From Epithemia pelagica (taxonomy: Eukaryota > Protista > Bacillariophyta), in the NCBI GenBank assembly GCA_946965045.2, contig OX337236.1:3534001-3598000 (forward strand): 64,000 nt of DNA, read 5' to 3'. The notes beneath the pieces were generated by a model that saw only the letters and a program-made list of their open reading frames with translations, searched no databases and was not told where the DNA came from. Each line of letters opens with the position of its first letter. Position 1 is the first letter of the stretch. Both the position numbers and the translations under genes were made by a program. Below are positions 12,257-25,030 of this stretch, one piece after another.

Positions 12257-15200
12257 TTACTCGTTCTCATCGTCACCCTCCACATCACCCTCCTCATCAC
12301 CCTCCTCATCACTCTCGTCACACTCATCACCCTCATCAACGGCAAAGTCTTCTTCCTGCTCCTCCATAGATTCTCCTACATCATTCTCGTTGTTACTATC
12401 ACATTCATCACCTTCGTCGCCATTGATCTCTTCTACATCCACCCCTTCATGCCCATCTTGATTTCTCTCTTCGTCGTCTTCGAAATCGTTGTTGTCTTTA
12501 TCCGTTCCATGATTGTTATGTGGATCACCGGGTGTGTCTTCCTCGACCACACTATGGGCGTCTTCTTTGGACTGGGTGATTTCTTTGGACTTTCCACGTG
12601 TTTTTTTGCTTTGTTCTTACTTCCACTTCCTTTGGCTGCATCCGAACGCACTAGCTTTGCCGATGGGGGTGTATTGCGTGACTTTTCTTTTGCACGCCTC
12701 GGTGGCGATGTCCGTACCGCTACAGTCATAGTAGTTTGTTTCGCCTTTTGCTTCTTCCGAGATTGTTTGGAATCTGAACTGACTGTCTTTCTCTTCTCTC
12801 CCCCCTTTGACTCATTCACTACCTCAACTTCTAAGGGAATCTCGTCAGAATTTCCTGCAAGTGACTCAAGTACAACAACCTGTTCGGGATTTTTGACTAT
12901 GTCACGGACAACTTGATTCATAGCGCAGTCACTGTCTTCATCCATACTTTCAGCAGTTCCTAAGGAATAGATGACTGAGTCCGCGTCATCTAATGTTGGC
13001 TTACCACTGACTTGTGTGTAAACGACTCTGTTCCACTGCTTAGGTTTTGCCGGTGCTTCATTGTTTGCTTTCTTGTTGATTGCCGGTGGTTTGCCATCGG
13101 CTTCCTCTGTTGTAGGTGATCTCTGTCCTTTCTTTCCACTAGCAGTGGCTCTTTGTTTCCCATCTGGCTCGTCGTCATCGGACAGTGGATAATACGTCAT
13201 CTCTAACGTTGGATCTTCGGAAACCTTGGAGATTGGACCAGACTCAGGGAACTTTGCCGCTCGAACATATTAAAACCTTCAGTGGCAGTTTGAATGGACT
13301 TTGTCCTAACGGCCGTCTTTTGTTGAGAGGCACTTTCTTCATTCAAGGTCTCATCTGCTTTTTCCACAACTTCAATCTCTTTGTCAGCAGCACCATCACC
13401 TTTCTCACTTTCTAGACAACGCTTATCAACAGACTTGGACAGAGTGGAGCCTTTTGTCTTGTTCCTCTTTGCAGCTTCCAATTCGGATTCCCGTTGCTGG
13501 ATTTCTCGTCTCAGCTCCCTTGTTAGGCAGTCCATGGTCCTCATTTCGAAATGTTTTTTCAAGAGATTAGACATCAGCTTATTTTGTGAAAACCACGTTC
13601 CCAAAGAGAAGATGCGTTCCTGGAAGGCGTTTGTAGCGGGCTTAGTGAGCCAGATGATTGCGCTTACAAAGACATAGGGATAATCACCTTTGTTATCATC
13701 CCACCATTTCATCACGTCAAAGTATTTGCCAACCTTCAGGAAGTTGTGTTCCGAACAGTATTGGAGGAACTCGTTTGTCTCATCGTCTGTCCACTTCTCT
13801 GAATCTTTATCCAACTGCTTTGTGGGATAATTCTGTATAACAGTATCCCACTGATGTTCCACCTTCTTCGAACACATGGAACGGTATTTGTTGAATGCTT
13901 CAGTGCATACTTTCCGCAATGCCGCAACGATTTCTGCTTCTTGACCGCCCATTACAGCCGTCCCACTCAATTGTAGTCGTGCCTGTTTTTTCAACTCCCT
14001 CGATCTTCGAATTTTCTCAAATGGATTGAGTGGAACATAGGTATCAGAATCGGAATCGGAATCGTCGTTTGCAGTGGCTTTCCCGCCCGTGGTCGCGTTG
14101 GAAGCAGTTGTATGAGCCGTACGAGCCGTACTTGTAGTAGCGGTAGCGGTGTTCTTGTTCGACACTGCCATGTTTCCTTGTTTGGCAATCAAAGCACCAA
14201 TTTGTGAGACTTTCTTGTTTGTGAATTGTTTCACCATGTCTTCGATAAAAAGCCGCCTTATTTCTTTTACTTCATCTTCATTGTAGGCTCCTAATTCGAC
14301 GAGATGTTCTTCATACACATTCACAAGTAGGGGGTTGGCACACATGGCCTTGAGACCGTCTTCGTCCTTGTTGGTTAAGTATGAATCGTATTCCTTGAGT
14401 ATGCGACGGATTAGGTCTCGAGGTCCTTTCTCGAGTTTCTCAAACTTGACCTTTTTCCTTTTTTTTGATCGAGCTCCTTCATTGTGATGCTGGCGTCCCA
14501 CTGTTGACCATAGTTTAGATTGGTAGGAAGACAACCATCAATACCTGTTCGCATGTGTTTAATAAGGAATCGACATGTATAGATTTCCAACAGGGAAGCC
14601 GATCCAGAACCTGGGTCATCAGTTTGCAATGATAGCGAGACTCCACGAAGCGGATGGAGAATTCCTTCAAACTGCGAGATCAATGTCCAGTCGATCTTGT
14701 TGAAGAGGGTAATAAAGTGAGGATCCGACTCAACGGCTTTAGAGGCATACTCCTTCATTGGATACAATATGCGGAGAAGCGTCTCCATGGATAACACACA
14801 GCCGCCCACTTGAGTATCGTTGGGGAGTGGGATGGACACAACAACCCAACCAAGAGATGAGACAACAGACTTGAATTTTTCAAATCGGTGCTTGCTTTTC
14901 TGGAACAGAGGTACGAAGCAAACTCCTTAGCAACCTGCCAAGCGTCGACAAATGCTGGAAAGGAATCGATCAAAGTCTTGTTTTGATAACGCTTAATCAA
15001 ACCAGTAGCATGCTTGAGCACCAATTCTGCACGGTGCATGTCACATTTGCCCTTACTGGCATGCTCTCCAACAATGTACTTTCCCGCTAGCACTGCTGCG
15101 GAAGTATTATCGTTCACTGTAGCACAAAGGTCAGATGGACGAAATCCCACGGCTTTAAGAAGAGAATGCGTTAGGGCAGCAACGTCAACAGCAGCATGTC

Positions 15201-16287
15201 CTTGTGTTTCTGCCAGACCGATTGGTATGCGATAGATGACGCAGTTGCGTGGGTCACATAACATGATAGTTACTCCCAGCACGTCGTGTTTCCGTGCTTG
15301 CCAAATGTCGTGGCACACTGTGGCGAATGGGACTTCATGTTAACAAAGGCAACGGTATTCACCTCGGACTTTTCGTGCAAGATCGGAAACAACATCAATG
15401 AACTCCTGGTACGACGATACCCGTATCTGAGTGATTTCCCGTCGGCTCATGGCTTCAGCTCGAGAGTCTTTTAACTGGGTACCGTTGTCAAAGGCATATT
15501 TCAACAAAGCACGGAACTGGGGCTTCTCGACTGTTACTGCTGGAAGACAACAGTCATTGATGAACTAATACATGAGGCGTTGGAGTTCTTTGGTGGCTTG
15601 TTTGCGGGGTTGGACTGGCGCTTTGAATCCTGATAGCGTCTTTTGGTTAGACGGTGGGGGTTTCGGATTCGGCCCCAATATACTTCCACCAGCCTGTATA
15701 GTGTCATAGAGATCTTTGTGATGCCCTTTAATGTGTTGGTAGATATTTGAAGCCTTGTCGTGTGAACAGACCATAACAGAATCACACAGAGGCTGTGACT
15801 TGTTTTTGAAGCATCTAGGACAGATGAGAACACGTCGGGACATTTTCCAAAACTTGTCTCTCAGATCAGGAGGCGACAAAGTCTTGGTCTTCTCTTCATC
15901 GATGACAACTAAGGAATCGAAGAGTTTGATTATTTTGTGGATTCCGGGGTATAAAGAAGACTCGAGTTCTTCTCTATTGTTTGAGACGAGTTTCTCGAAT
16001 TCAATCCAGTTGATATGAATTGACCAATCCCAATATTGTGAAGAGGATTTGGTACCAAAAAAGAGAGTAGGAATGTTTGGGTACACAGGGAGAACATCTT
16101 TCTCCATTTGGTTCACGTCTTTGGTTGCCTGTACATCCTCACCAAAATCCTTCTCGATCAAAGCTTGTTGAGCCTCTAAAGCAGAAGGCTTCTTTTTGTT
16201 GGGAGCGCTTTTCTTCTTGGTGCTGGAGGACTGTTTCTTCTTCGGTGGTGGTTTGGGTTTCTTCTTCGGTAATGAAGGGGGAGCCAT
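12257..16287 (-). pseudogene. hAT transposase, disabled (BED-like Zn finger, DDE core, hATC, long acidic tail)
   Basis: Joined fragments give BED-like CPRC...HIKGHH, first Asp VCHDIWQ, second Asp VNDNTSAA, CxxH KCDMH, PNDTQVGG and hATC PATNAFQERIFS. In-frame stops at 15565-15567 and 15340-15342; frameshifts near 14897 and 14455, and probably near 13260 and 12550. Confidence 0.85.
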
Positions 16288-16843
16288 GTTGCACTAGGTG
16301 TATCAATAATAACTTGCAACAAATGGAAAGAAGTATGAGGATGGAGGGGGAAAAGAGTCTGAGTGTTGTTGAAGAGAGGGAGAGAAACGGATCTGCACAA
16401 ACGCAAATGAGTGGTGGTGGTGGAGGTGCATGGTACATGGTGTGTTCTTTCATTCACCATTCCTCATCTGTTGTTGTAACGAATGAGCAAAGAAAACTCT
16501 ATAGAAGTTCATTATTATTCGACCTAATTACAGAAATACATGTGGATAGGGAGTGATTTGATAATTCAATGGGGGGTATGATGTGTAATTGGGGACTAAT
16601 TATATGGATCGTGAGAGGGGGGAAATGGAATAAGGGTCTCAATTACATGGAGCTAGGAGACTAGAATTGAATATAGTAATTTGCTCTATGGTGGGAAACA
16701 TATGGAAGATGATTAGGTTATTTATTCAAATGCGATGGGGATTGTGGAAGATAAGATGAATTGGTGATGTTAGGGTAATTTTATAATAATTCTTGGAATT
16801 GTGCTAAAATGGGTAATTTGTAATTCACAACCCTGGTTCACAA

Positions 16844-17417
16844 CCGATACATCGTTGTAATTGGTGGTTATGACAGTAGTCGAACGTTGCCGTCGGTGGA
16901 TATTATTGATACCAGGCACCACACTGTCACTGCGGGACCAAGCATGAATATTCCTCGATCATATTGTGCTAGTGTGGTCATTGGTAGCCGCATCTTCTCC
17001 GTTGGAGGCTACAGAGGACGCTCGGTGGAGTATTTGGAATTTTCAAAGCCTGGTGACAATGAAGAGACAAAGAAGCAGACTGGCTTGACATTGAGTTCTT
17101 TCTCGTCCCCTTGGATGACTCTCTCTGATCTGGTCCTTTCCAATGCACGAACTACTCGTGCAGTGGTTGCCATGGGTTCTTGTCTGGTGGTGGCGGGAGG
17201 ATGGGGCAATTCAACGGTGGAAGTCTTGGATACGCACTTCAACCGCGTGTGGAATCTTCCACCATGCGGAAATCACCGTGCTGGCTGCAATATGGTGACT
17301 GTTGCCAATCAAGTTGCCGTGATTGGTGGTGTGTACAATCCTACCTGTGCGACATTACCACTAATCGACAAGAATACATGGTGCTTTCGTCGACTCTGTG
17401 AGCACCAATCGAACTGA
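16844..17417 (+). pseudogene. Kelch protein K3, 3' part
   Basis: Resumes after the TSD with RYIVVIGGYDSSRTLPSVDIID...CATLPLIDKNTWCFRRLCEHQSN*. The 506-nt 5' part plus this 574-nt part give 360 codons in frame. Confidence 0.9.
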
Positions 17418-18129
17418 TAGTATCATTCTCTTGAAGGTATGCGTATCCGAGATTATGATATCTCACCCTTGTCCACATCGACATTAGCTTGTGAACGAGC
17501 AAGGTCCAATACTCACCGTGGTGATGAGGGGAAGGATGAAGCCTAGACGTTTGTTTTCAAGTCATTGACATGTTTTCCACGTTCAATTGCAATCCTAGAA
17601 CCTAGTAAGTGGTTACTCAAAAATAGAAACAATATGTTGCAAGCTAGGAGGTACTTCTTTGTTGTCAAAGGCTGGAAGGAACGATCCGGCTTGTGTAAGG
17701 ACGCGACAAGAATCTGGTGCTTTGTCGTGGCATCGTGGCACTTTACACGACACAAAGTCGTCGTTCATGGATTGGTAGCTGTGGCAGCTAGGGCAAGAAC
17801 CGACAGTGGTGCATTCCCAAAAGAAAGAGTTTCGTCCAACCTCTCGATTTGGCTTTGGTTTTGGTTCATGGTATCGTGTTTGATGAATCCGACAAAATGA
17901 CGAAACGGGTGGATCCAAAGGTCCAATGATGAGAGGAGCAGGAGCAGAAACACGACAAGGTGAAACCTTGTTAAACCTGATGTTCCGCTTCTGATGCTTG
18001 TTCCTCGAAATTTGACAATGGGTCGACTTTTGGATGGAAGTAAGGAGGACCGTTTCATGTCTTATTCAGTTTGTCCCTCTCAGAGGAGTCACCGCGTTCC
18101 AATCGCAAATGACTTCCTCTACCTGCTGT

Positions 18130-18478
18130 TGCATGTGAATCGCAATTCCTTGTTGCACTTGATATGTTATGCCAAGCCAGAATGGCCCAATGAAGATGAT
18201 CATCATGACGACGATGACAATACACACGGCCGGCTGTCCAACCACCAACCACGGAGGAGACGGCCGAGGATGGCGATGTCGCCTCGTCCTTGGCAGTGGT
18301 ACGATTGTTGGTGGAATTGGCCCCTCAATTGCCGCACCAGGGCAATACTCATGGGAGTTTGCCGATTCAGTTGGCCTGTCAAGCCCATATGACCGAATGT
18401 GTTCGATTCTTGTTCAAATTTCCTTCTCTCATGGAAGAACTTGATGACCAGGGACGTACACCGCATCTATTTTTGTAA
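18130..18478 (+). pseudogene. Decayed ankyrin-repeat gene fragment
   Basis: Frameshifted reading NRNSLLHLICY...NTHGRL...SLAVVRLLVELAPQLPHQGNTHGSLPIQLACQAHMTECVRFLFKFPSLMEELDDQGRTPHL fits the ankyrin consensus G-x-L/T-P-L/I-H-x-A. Confidence 0.6.
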
Positions 18479-21188
18479 TGCCCTCTTGGCTACGATATCT
18501 TGCAAGTTGAACAGGCCACGATACAAACCCCTGCAACATCGTCATCGTCGTGGTTGAGATTTCATCTCGTCAGGAGGACATTTGCGACAGTCAAGTTCCT
18601 CCAGAACAAAGCCAAGAAAAACCCACCAAATCCAACTGAAGGTCGTGCCAGTTGTCGCAATTGACCAGCAGAACGACTACAAGGAATCGAGTCTTGTCGT
18701 TGTCACACCACAACCTCCCGAACTACCAACATAGCCACAAAAGAAGAAGGCCCTCTTCCTGACGTACCGCAATTGGACGAAACCATCTTGGAAGTGAGCA
18801 TTGATGAAGACGACAACGAGCCAGGAAACTTCCACCACCACTACATGCCTGGAAACAAACTCCTCCTCATCGCGATGTCGTGCCCCTCGATGCCAGTTCC
18901 GCTGAAACCTTGTTGCACGATACAACACTGTCGTACAAGAGTACTCTACCTCCACTTTGTGCCTCGCACTGAACTCAGCAGCACAAACAAGAAAACCACG
19001 ACCACGAATGCGGCCGATCATGTCTTGGCCGTCTTGGAAGCCTAGCCACCCACACCGTATGAATGATTGGTCGTGTTGGAACAGTGGTCGCCCGAGGCGG
19101 TCGTGCCTGAATGGTTCTGTTCGTCGCTGTCGGAATGGCGCAATTCGCGTGTCTGTTTCTTGTTTATTGTGGACAGGATCGGATCTCGCAGAATGCAGAT
19201 TGGGGACTGGAGGAAGGACGATTTGGTGAGAAAGAAACAGAGGGGATCCAAAGCATGGTTCCTTGTAAACTTATAGAGATCGAGTCATATTTGCCTTCGC
19301 AATTGCCATGGATTATGTTTGTCGTTTGTCTGGATGGTCCATGTTCCTTTGCGTCTTTCTTCGTGCCCGTGGATTGCCATGCCACCACGTTGGTCATGGT
19401 ATCGCACCGTTGCTCTTTTTGCCCTTCTCCTGCATACAAAATAAATAGTCATACTGCGGTGTTTCATTGGTTCAAGTCGACAGTTTGAGCATACTTTTGG
19501 CCAACTCGGTATACCAAACGACAACATGCGCTTGAGAGTATTGGAAAGTTTGACTGGTAGCTTCTATGATGCATCCTTTCTCTCTATACGTGCGCTTCGA
19601 ATCTGGATAGCATTGTGTTTCTTATGAGTGAATCGGCCATTTTCAAAAGGCGTCTACCGAGGTCGACAACGCTTAAGGACACAAAGTCACCACGAAAGCT
19701 CATGACTGTTGGACCATGCGGAATAGCCAGTTCGAGACATGAATAAAGAAAGTGCAAATCTCTGCAGTTTTCTTGTGCGACTCGTTAGTTCTGATTTGTT
19801 TGATATTGCCTCCCAATCGCGAACCACCTGTGATCGTGATACTATGATTCCCTTCTTGTATGCTTTGGTGGCTTGTGGCCGAAGACACATCATTGTTGGT
19901 GACAGACATACCATCTGGTACCAACCAAAAGTTGAGGCCATGTTGCTGCAAGGCGGAAGAGGAACATGGTTCCATGTGGTGGTGGGAGTCATTGGTTCGG
20001 TGCAACAGTGCCACTTGCAAGTGTCAGAGTGGGGGTGTGGGTGTTGCCGGTTGCCAGTTGTTGTGGTTTGGGTGGTTGAGACTTTGTCCTTGTGTCTCAA
20101 TGGTCCTGCTACTTTTGTCTGGTGGCAGGGCCATTGTCGTCGTGCTTGTTGTTATGGTTGCTTGATGCAGCCAGGGAAGCGCTTGACTCATGTTGGCCGT
20201 TGTAGGGAGGTGTCTTGTTGGTGTGACGTTATTGGTGGAAGCAACATCCCCACTCGTTGTTCTACCACAGCCGAGTGACCGTTAAAAAACTCGAGGCTTG
20301 TTCCAATCCTGTACATTCTCCTGACCCATGCTGTCAACCACATGAATCATGGTTGTGACGGACAGTGACATCAAAAAGGGTCGCTCTCGTCCTTGTGTTC
20401 TTCTCTTGCGGTTCTTGTGGGTTGTTTCCAAGGTCTAGTGGGGGATGGTGAAGAGACTTCTTGCAATGACTGCCGCTCACATATACAGGTCGATGATCAG
20501 GGGAGGAGGAGGACGATAACGAACTTTGCGCCGCCGTATTACGAGATAAAAGAATGGGGAAGATTGAGACCGAGGAACAGCAGAAAAGACTGCCAGAAGG
20601 CGCGAAAAGGTCAATCTCCGGAGCAAAAGACGGCGACAGCGACAGCGACACATTGTGGTGGAGGTATCTTTTTCCTGTCGTTTCGATTTTCGATGGATCT
20701 TCCCCCCCAAAGCTGGTGTGGAGTCCCCCTCCCCAAAGTCTGTAAAGTCCATTCCAAATCTTGGTCGCAGAATGAGGACAGGAATGGCTCGCGGGCACGC
20801 CGACCGAGACGAGCATTGTCACTCTATCGTATATCCAATTCGAATCGACAGAGGCTCTCGTCGCCAAAAGACGACCACTCTAATAGCATCCACTGCTACA
20901 CTCGATGGGAAACCATGGAATTGCAACTTTTGAGACTCTGGTAGTGACGAGGCATCTACTTGTCTTCTTCCTTTTCTTGGTGACAGACTACGAGAGTATA
21001 TTCAAGAGTATCAACGAGATTGTCACAAAGATTGGCTGGACGGGAAAAACGAGAAGGCGCTTCGACAACGACCATTCCACAACAGAGGCACCGAGATGGT
21101 CGACGGCCGCATGGTACTAGAATGACTCCCCCCAAAGCCACATGGTGGCCATCTTTTCGTGGGACCCACCAATACATTGATGTTCTGC

Positions 21189-21294
21189 TACTAGAGGGGA
21201 TTGAAAACAACAGACAATGAGCGCATCCTGCCATTCTTGTTTACTAGAGGGGATTGAAAACAACAGACAATGAGCGCATCCTGCCATTCTTGTT
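21189..21294 (+). repeat. Perfect 53-bp tandem duplication
   Basis: TACTAGAGGGGATTGAAAACAACAGACAATGAGCGCATCCTGCCATTCTTGTT at 21189 and again at 21242. The paralogous spacer near 5588-5645 has a single unit. Confidence 0.9.
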
Positions 21295-22119
21295 ATACGA
21301 CTCGAGAGGATAACGGAGGAGCACATTCCAATCGATATACTGCTACTTCCCATTGGCGCTTGGCAAAGCTCGAACAATGGCGGAAACTAGAGACGACGGA
21401 ATGACGAACATGTCCGCAATCAATGCAGCCGCAGTAATGGGTGTAGCAGCGGCAGCACCGAAGATGCAGAAACGTTGCGATGCGTCATTCCTCATCCACA
21501 AAACTTCCCTTATAAGCTTGCTCCTACGGCTAAAAAGCTTCGAGATGGTCTGCCCAAGCCCGTGGGCAATCATGGTTTGCAATAAGACTCTCGATCGATT
21601 AAGTGGTCCCAGCAGTTGGTCGTCTTCCCCACAACATCCTAACATTCATCCTCAGAGTGAGGGAAGATCCGCAATGAGGGGTACATGGAATCTCTTGTTT
21701 CGTGTAATGCACATCACCATCTCATGTGTGTGGTTGTCGAAAGCAAAGGCTCGGATTGCAAGGAGATCCTCTTGTCATGAGCTCCCACGAAGAACCTATG
21801 GATACAACACAGGGAAAGAGAGAAATAGATGGAAACCATAAATATCAGTGGTTGTCTTTCTAGCCATGAGGATTATTTCGATATCCAAAACTTTTATGGA
21901 ACTCCAAACAAGAATGCGTGATCTTCTTCATTGCGTGTCTACGGTCACGATTTGGCTCGTGGCGAAAGCTCTTACCCCTCTTTGGTCCATCCATTTCGTG
22001 CAGTCAATCGTGCTTCCAGTCCGCACCCATCAGCATCACAACAACAGAGCAAAACCACTAACCACTTAGCATACAGTGTCTCGATCCCCATAAATTCTGC
22101 AGTGGAAACGTTTGCAACC

Positions 22120-23344
22120 ATGGCCACCACACTGAAAGAACAAGCATGGCACTCGGGCCTTGTCCTTTCGGATTGGGCACCTCAATGGAATGAAAATGAT
22201 TGGCCTCCTCTTGAGGGTGGATGGCGCAACGAACATGCTACAGTCGTACTAGATCATCCCGATACGGACAACGAAAACAACAACAAGAGACAAACCGTCG
22301 TCGTGTTGGGTGGATACCAAGCAGGTCAGGGCAGTCTCGATTCCATTCTTGTATTGAAGGTGGCAGCGCCGGACAAGCACTGGCGAGAAGGGCCATCAAT
22401 GAACAAGAGTCGTCGAGGACATGCCGCTGTTGGGTGCAACGGAGGCGTCTATGTGATAGGAGGAAACAATGGAAGATCACATTTAGATTGTATCGAACGA
22501 ATTGACATAAAGAATTTGCTGCATTCACGTAAAGGATTTGCTGCGATCATCTTCGACATCCAGCACCACACAGGAGAGCCCTTGGACGACATTGACATGT
22601 CGATTATCAACGGGACGGTTTGGATGTTGTGCTGCTGTGGTTCACAACCGATATATCGTTGTAATGGGTGGCTCTTACAACCATCGCTATTTGTCGTCGG
22701 TGGATATTATCGATACCAGCAATGACGCTGTCATTGCGGGACCATCAATGACTGCTCCACGACAATGGTGTGCCAGTGCCGTTATTGGCCACCGCATCTT
22801 TGTCGTTGGAGGCCGTAACGAGAACGGCCAACTTGACTCGGTGGAGTATTTGAACTTTACAGAGGAGAGAAAAGACGACTCTTTGTCTACAGTCATTTCC
22901 TTCTCGTCCAGTTGGATCACTCATTCTGATTTGGTGCTTCCCATCCCTCGAGCTTATTTTGCAATGGTAGCCGTGGTATCCTGTCTTATTGTGGGCGGAG
23001 GAAGCCATCAAACCGTCGAAGTCTTGGATACGCACCACGACCGCGTTTGGAATCTCCCACCACTCGTAAATCACCGTGAGGACTGTACTATGGTGACTGT
23101 TGCCAATCAAGTTGCCGTGATTGGTGGATGGCAAATTCCTTCCTGTGCGACATTGCCACTAATCGACAAGAATACATGGTGCTTTCGTCGACTCTGTGAG
23201 CAGCAGCCCAATCGATGGTATCATTCTCTTGAAGGTTTGGGTATCCGAGATTATGATATCTCACCCTTCTCCACATCGAAATTAGCTTGTAAACGCGCAA
23301 GGTCCGATACTCACCATGGTGATGAAGGGACGGATGAAACCTAG
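22120..23344 (+). pseudogene. Kelch protein K4 with frameshift
   Basis: The Kelch frame switches between ORFs 21931-22725 and 22538-23344 because of a 22-nt tandem duplication (22506-22527 / 22528-22549, 18/22 identical). Confidence 0.85.
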
Positions 23345-25030
23345 ACGTTTTGTTATAAGTCATTGACTTGTTTTCTATGTTCGATTGCAATCCTAGAACC
23401 TAGTTAGTGTTTACTCAAAAGTAGAAAGAACATGTTGCAAGATAGAATGTGCTTGTTTGTTGTCAAAGGCATGGAAGGAACGATCCGACTTGCGCGTGTC
23501 TACTAGTGGTACTACGCCTTGGCCATGACCTTGTGGTGGTATCATGGCACTTCTTTACACGGCACAACGTCATCGATTGGTAACTGTGGTAGCTAGGGCA
23601 AGAACCGACTGTGCTATATTCCAAAAAAGTTCTCAAATTGGCTTTGTTTCAATTTTCTAGAGTTTGATGAATCCGACAAAAGGACGAAACAGGTGGATCC
23701 AAAAGTCCGATGATGAGAGGATCAGGAGCAGAAGCACGACAAGGCAAAACTTTGTTGGACCGGATGAGGTCCGCTTCTGATGGTTCGATTTTTGGATGGA
23801 AGCAAGGAGGGAGGACCGTGTCATGTCCAATCCCGACACGATAACCAAGAACAGTGTCCCTTTCGGAGGAGTCACCATGCGACCGAATGTGTTCGATTCT
23901 TCACCATCAAGTTTCCTGCTCCCATGTTAGAACGGCGGAACCCTACGTCCAGAGACGCATACCGCAACCCTTTTTGCAAGACCCTCTTGGCTACGATCGA
24001 ACAGCCCACGTTGTCTCCTGCGAATGGAATTTCGTCTCGTCAGGAGGACAGATGCAACAAGGACAGTGAAGTCCCTCCAGAACAAATCCAAGAGGAACCC
24101 ACCAATTGCCAGTTGTCGCAATGGACCAGCACGACAACAAGGAATCGAGCCTTATCGTTGACACACCACAACCTCCCGAACTACCAACGCAGCGACAAAG
24201 AAGAAGACCCTCATTGTTCTTCCTCCAATTGAACGAAACTGATGGTATCATTGTCGTGGAACCAACTGTGTTGAACTCCGTCTTGGAAGTTGGACTTTGT
24301 GGGCACTTTCGTGCCATTGACGACGACGAGTCAGTAAACCTCCACCATTACTATTTCCTGTCGCAACATTGCTCGTTCAATTGCTCATGCCTGGAAACAA
24401 GCTCCTCCTCATCGCGATGTCGTGCCCCTCGATGACAGTTCCGCCGAAACCTTCTTGCACGATTACAACACTGTCGCACAAGAGTACTCTACCTCCACTT
24501 TGTGCCTCGCACTGACCTATTCATCATACAAAAGGACCTCTTCATCATCACAAATAATGCTGTCGCTCTCTCCCTCTCGTCGTCGACCGAAAGATACTTT
24601 TCTTGGGGCCTGTCATGAAATCTATGTGCGATTGATTGTCCTTCACCATCGTACGCAGGACAGGCACACCTTTTCTGTCTCCATAAAAAACACACCGCGG
24701 TCTCCACGCAAAAAAGCAAAGCTTCCACGCGTTGCTGTATTATTATTACAAAAATACCCTCTGTCAACGTATTAGTAAAGCGCCGTGACCATGACAACGA
24801 CACTGAAAGAAGAAGCATGGCAGTCGGGCCTTGTCCTGTTAGACGAGACACATGAATGGAATTTCGAGGACTGGCCTTCTCTTGAGGGAGAAGGGCCTTA
24901 TCGTCATGCTTCGGTCGTACTGAATCATACCGATAACAACCAAGAACAAACCGTCGTCGTGTTCGGTGGATATCGAACAGGTCAAGGCGAGCTAGATTCC
25001 ATTCTTGTATTAAACTTGGCAGAATCAAAC
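23090..25030 (+). repeat. Segmental duplicate of ~43425-45350 (K4 3' end + spacer + K5 5' end versus K10 3' end + spacer + K11 5' end)
   Basis: Long colinear near-identity by eye, e.g. CCTAGTTAGTGTTTACTCAAAAGTAGAAAG and CAAAAAAGCAAAGCTTCCACGCGTTGCTGTATTATTATTACAAAAATACCCTC in both. Boundaries approximate. Confidence 0.8.

Larger units (their letters stand above)
9842..16835 (-). mobile_element. hAT-superfamily DNA transposon (6,994 bp) with glycosylase cargo
   Basis: TIRs CAGGGTTGTTAATTAC (9842-9857) and GTAATTCACAACCCTG (16820-16835), 15/16 match. 8-bp TSD GTTCACAA at 9834-9841 and 16836-16843. Removing the element and one TSD restores the K3 frame (GTT CAC AAC CGA TAC). AT-rich subterminal regions contain many AATTAC/GTAATT motifs. 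Confidence 0.95.

Noticed and set aside
12959-12965. CCTAAGG inside the hAT element
   Set aside because: It lies within an uninterrupted reading frame with no family left end after it, so it is a chance occurrence.
21931-22119. Long in-frame upstream extensions of K4, K9, K10, K3 and K12 as true N-termini
   Set aside because: The extensions start at non-ATG codons, differ between copies and are out of frame in K1 and K2. The conserved MTTTLKE-type ATG is the better start.
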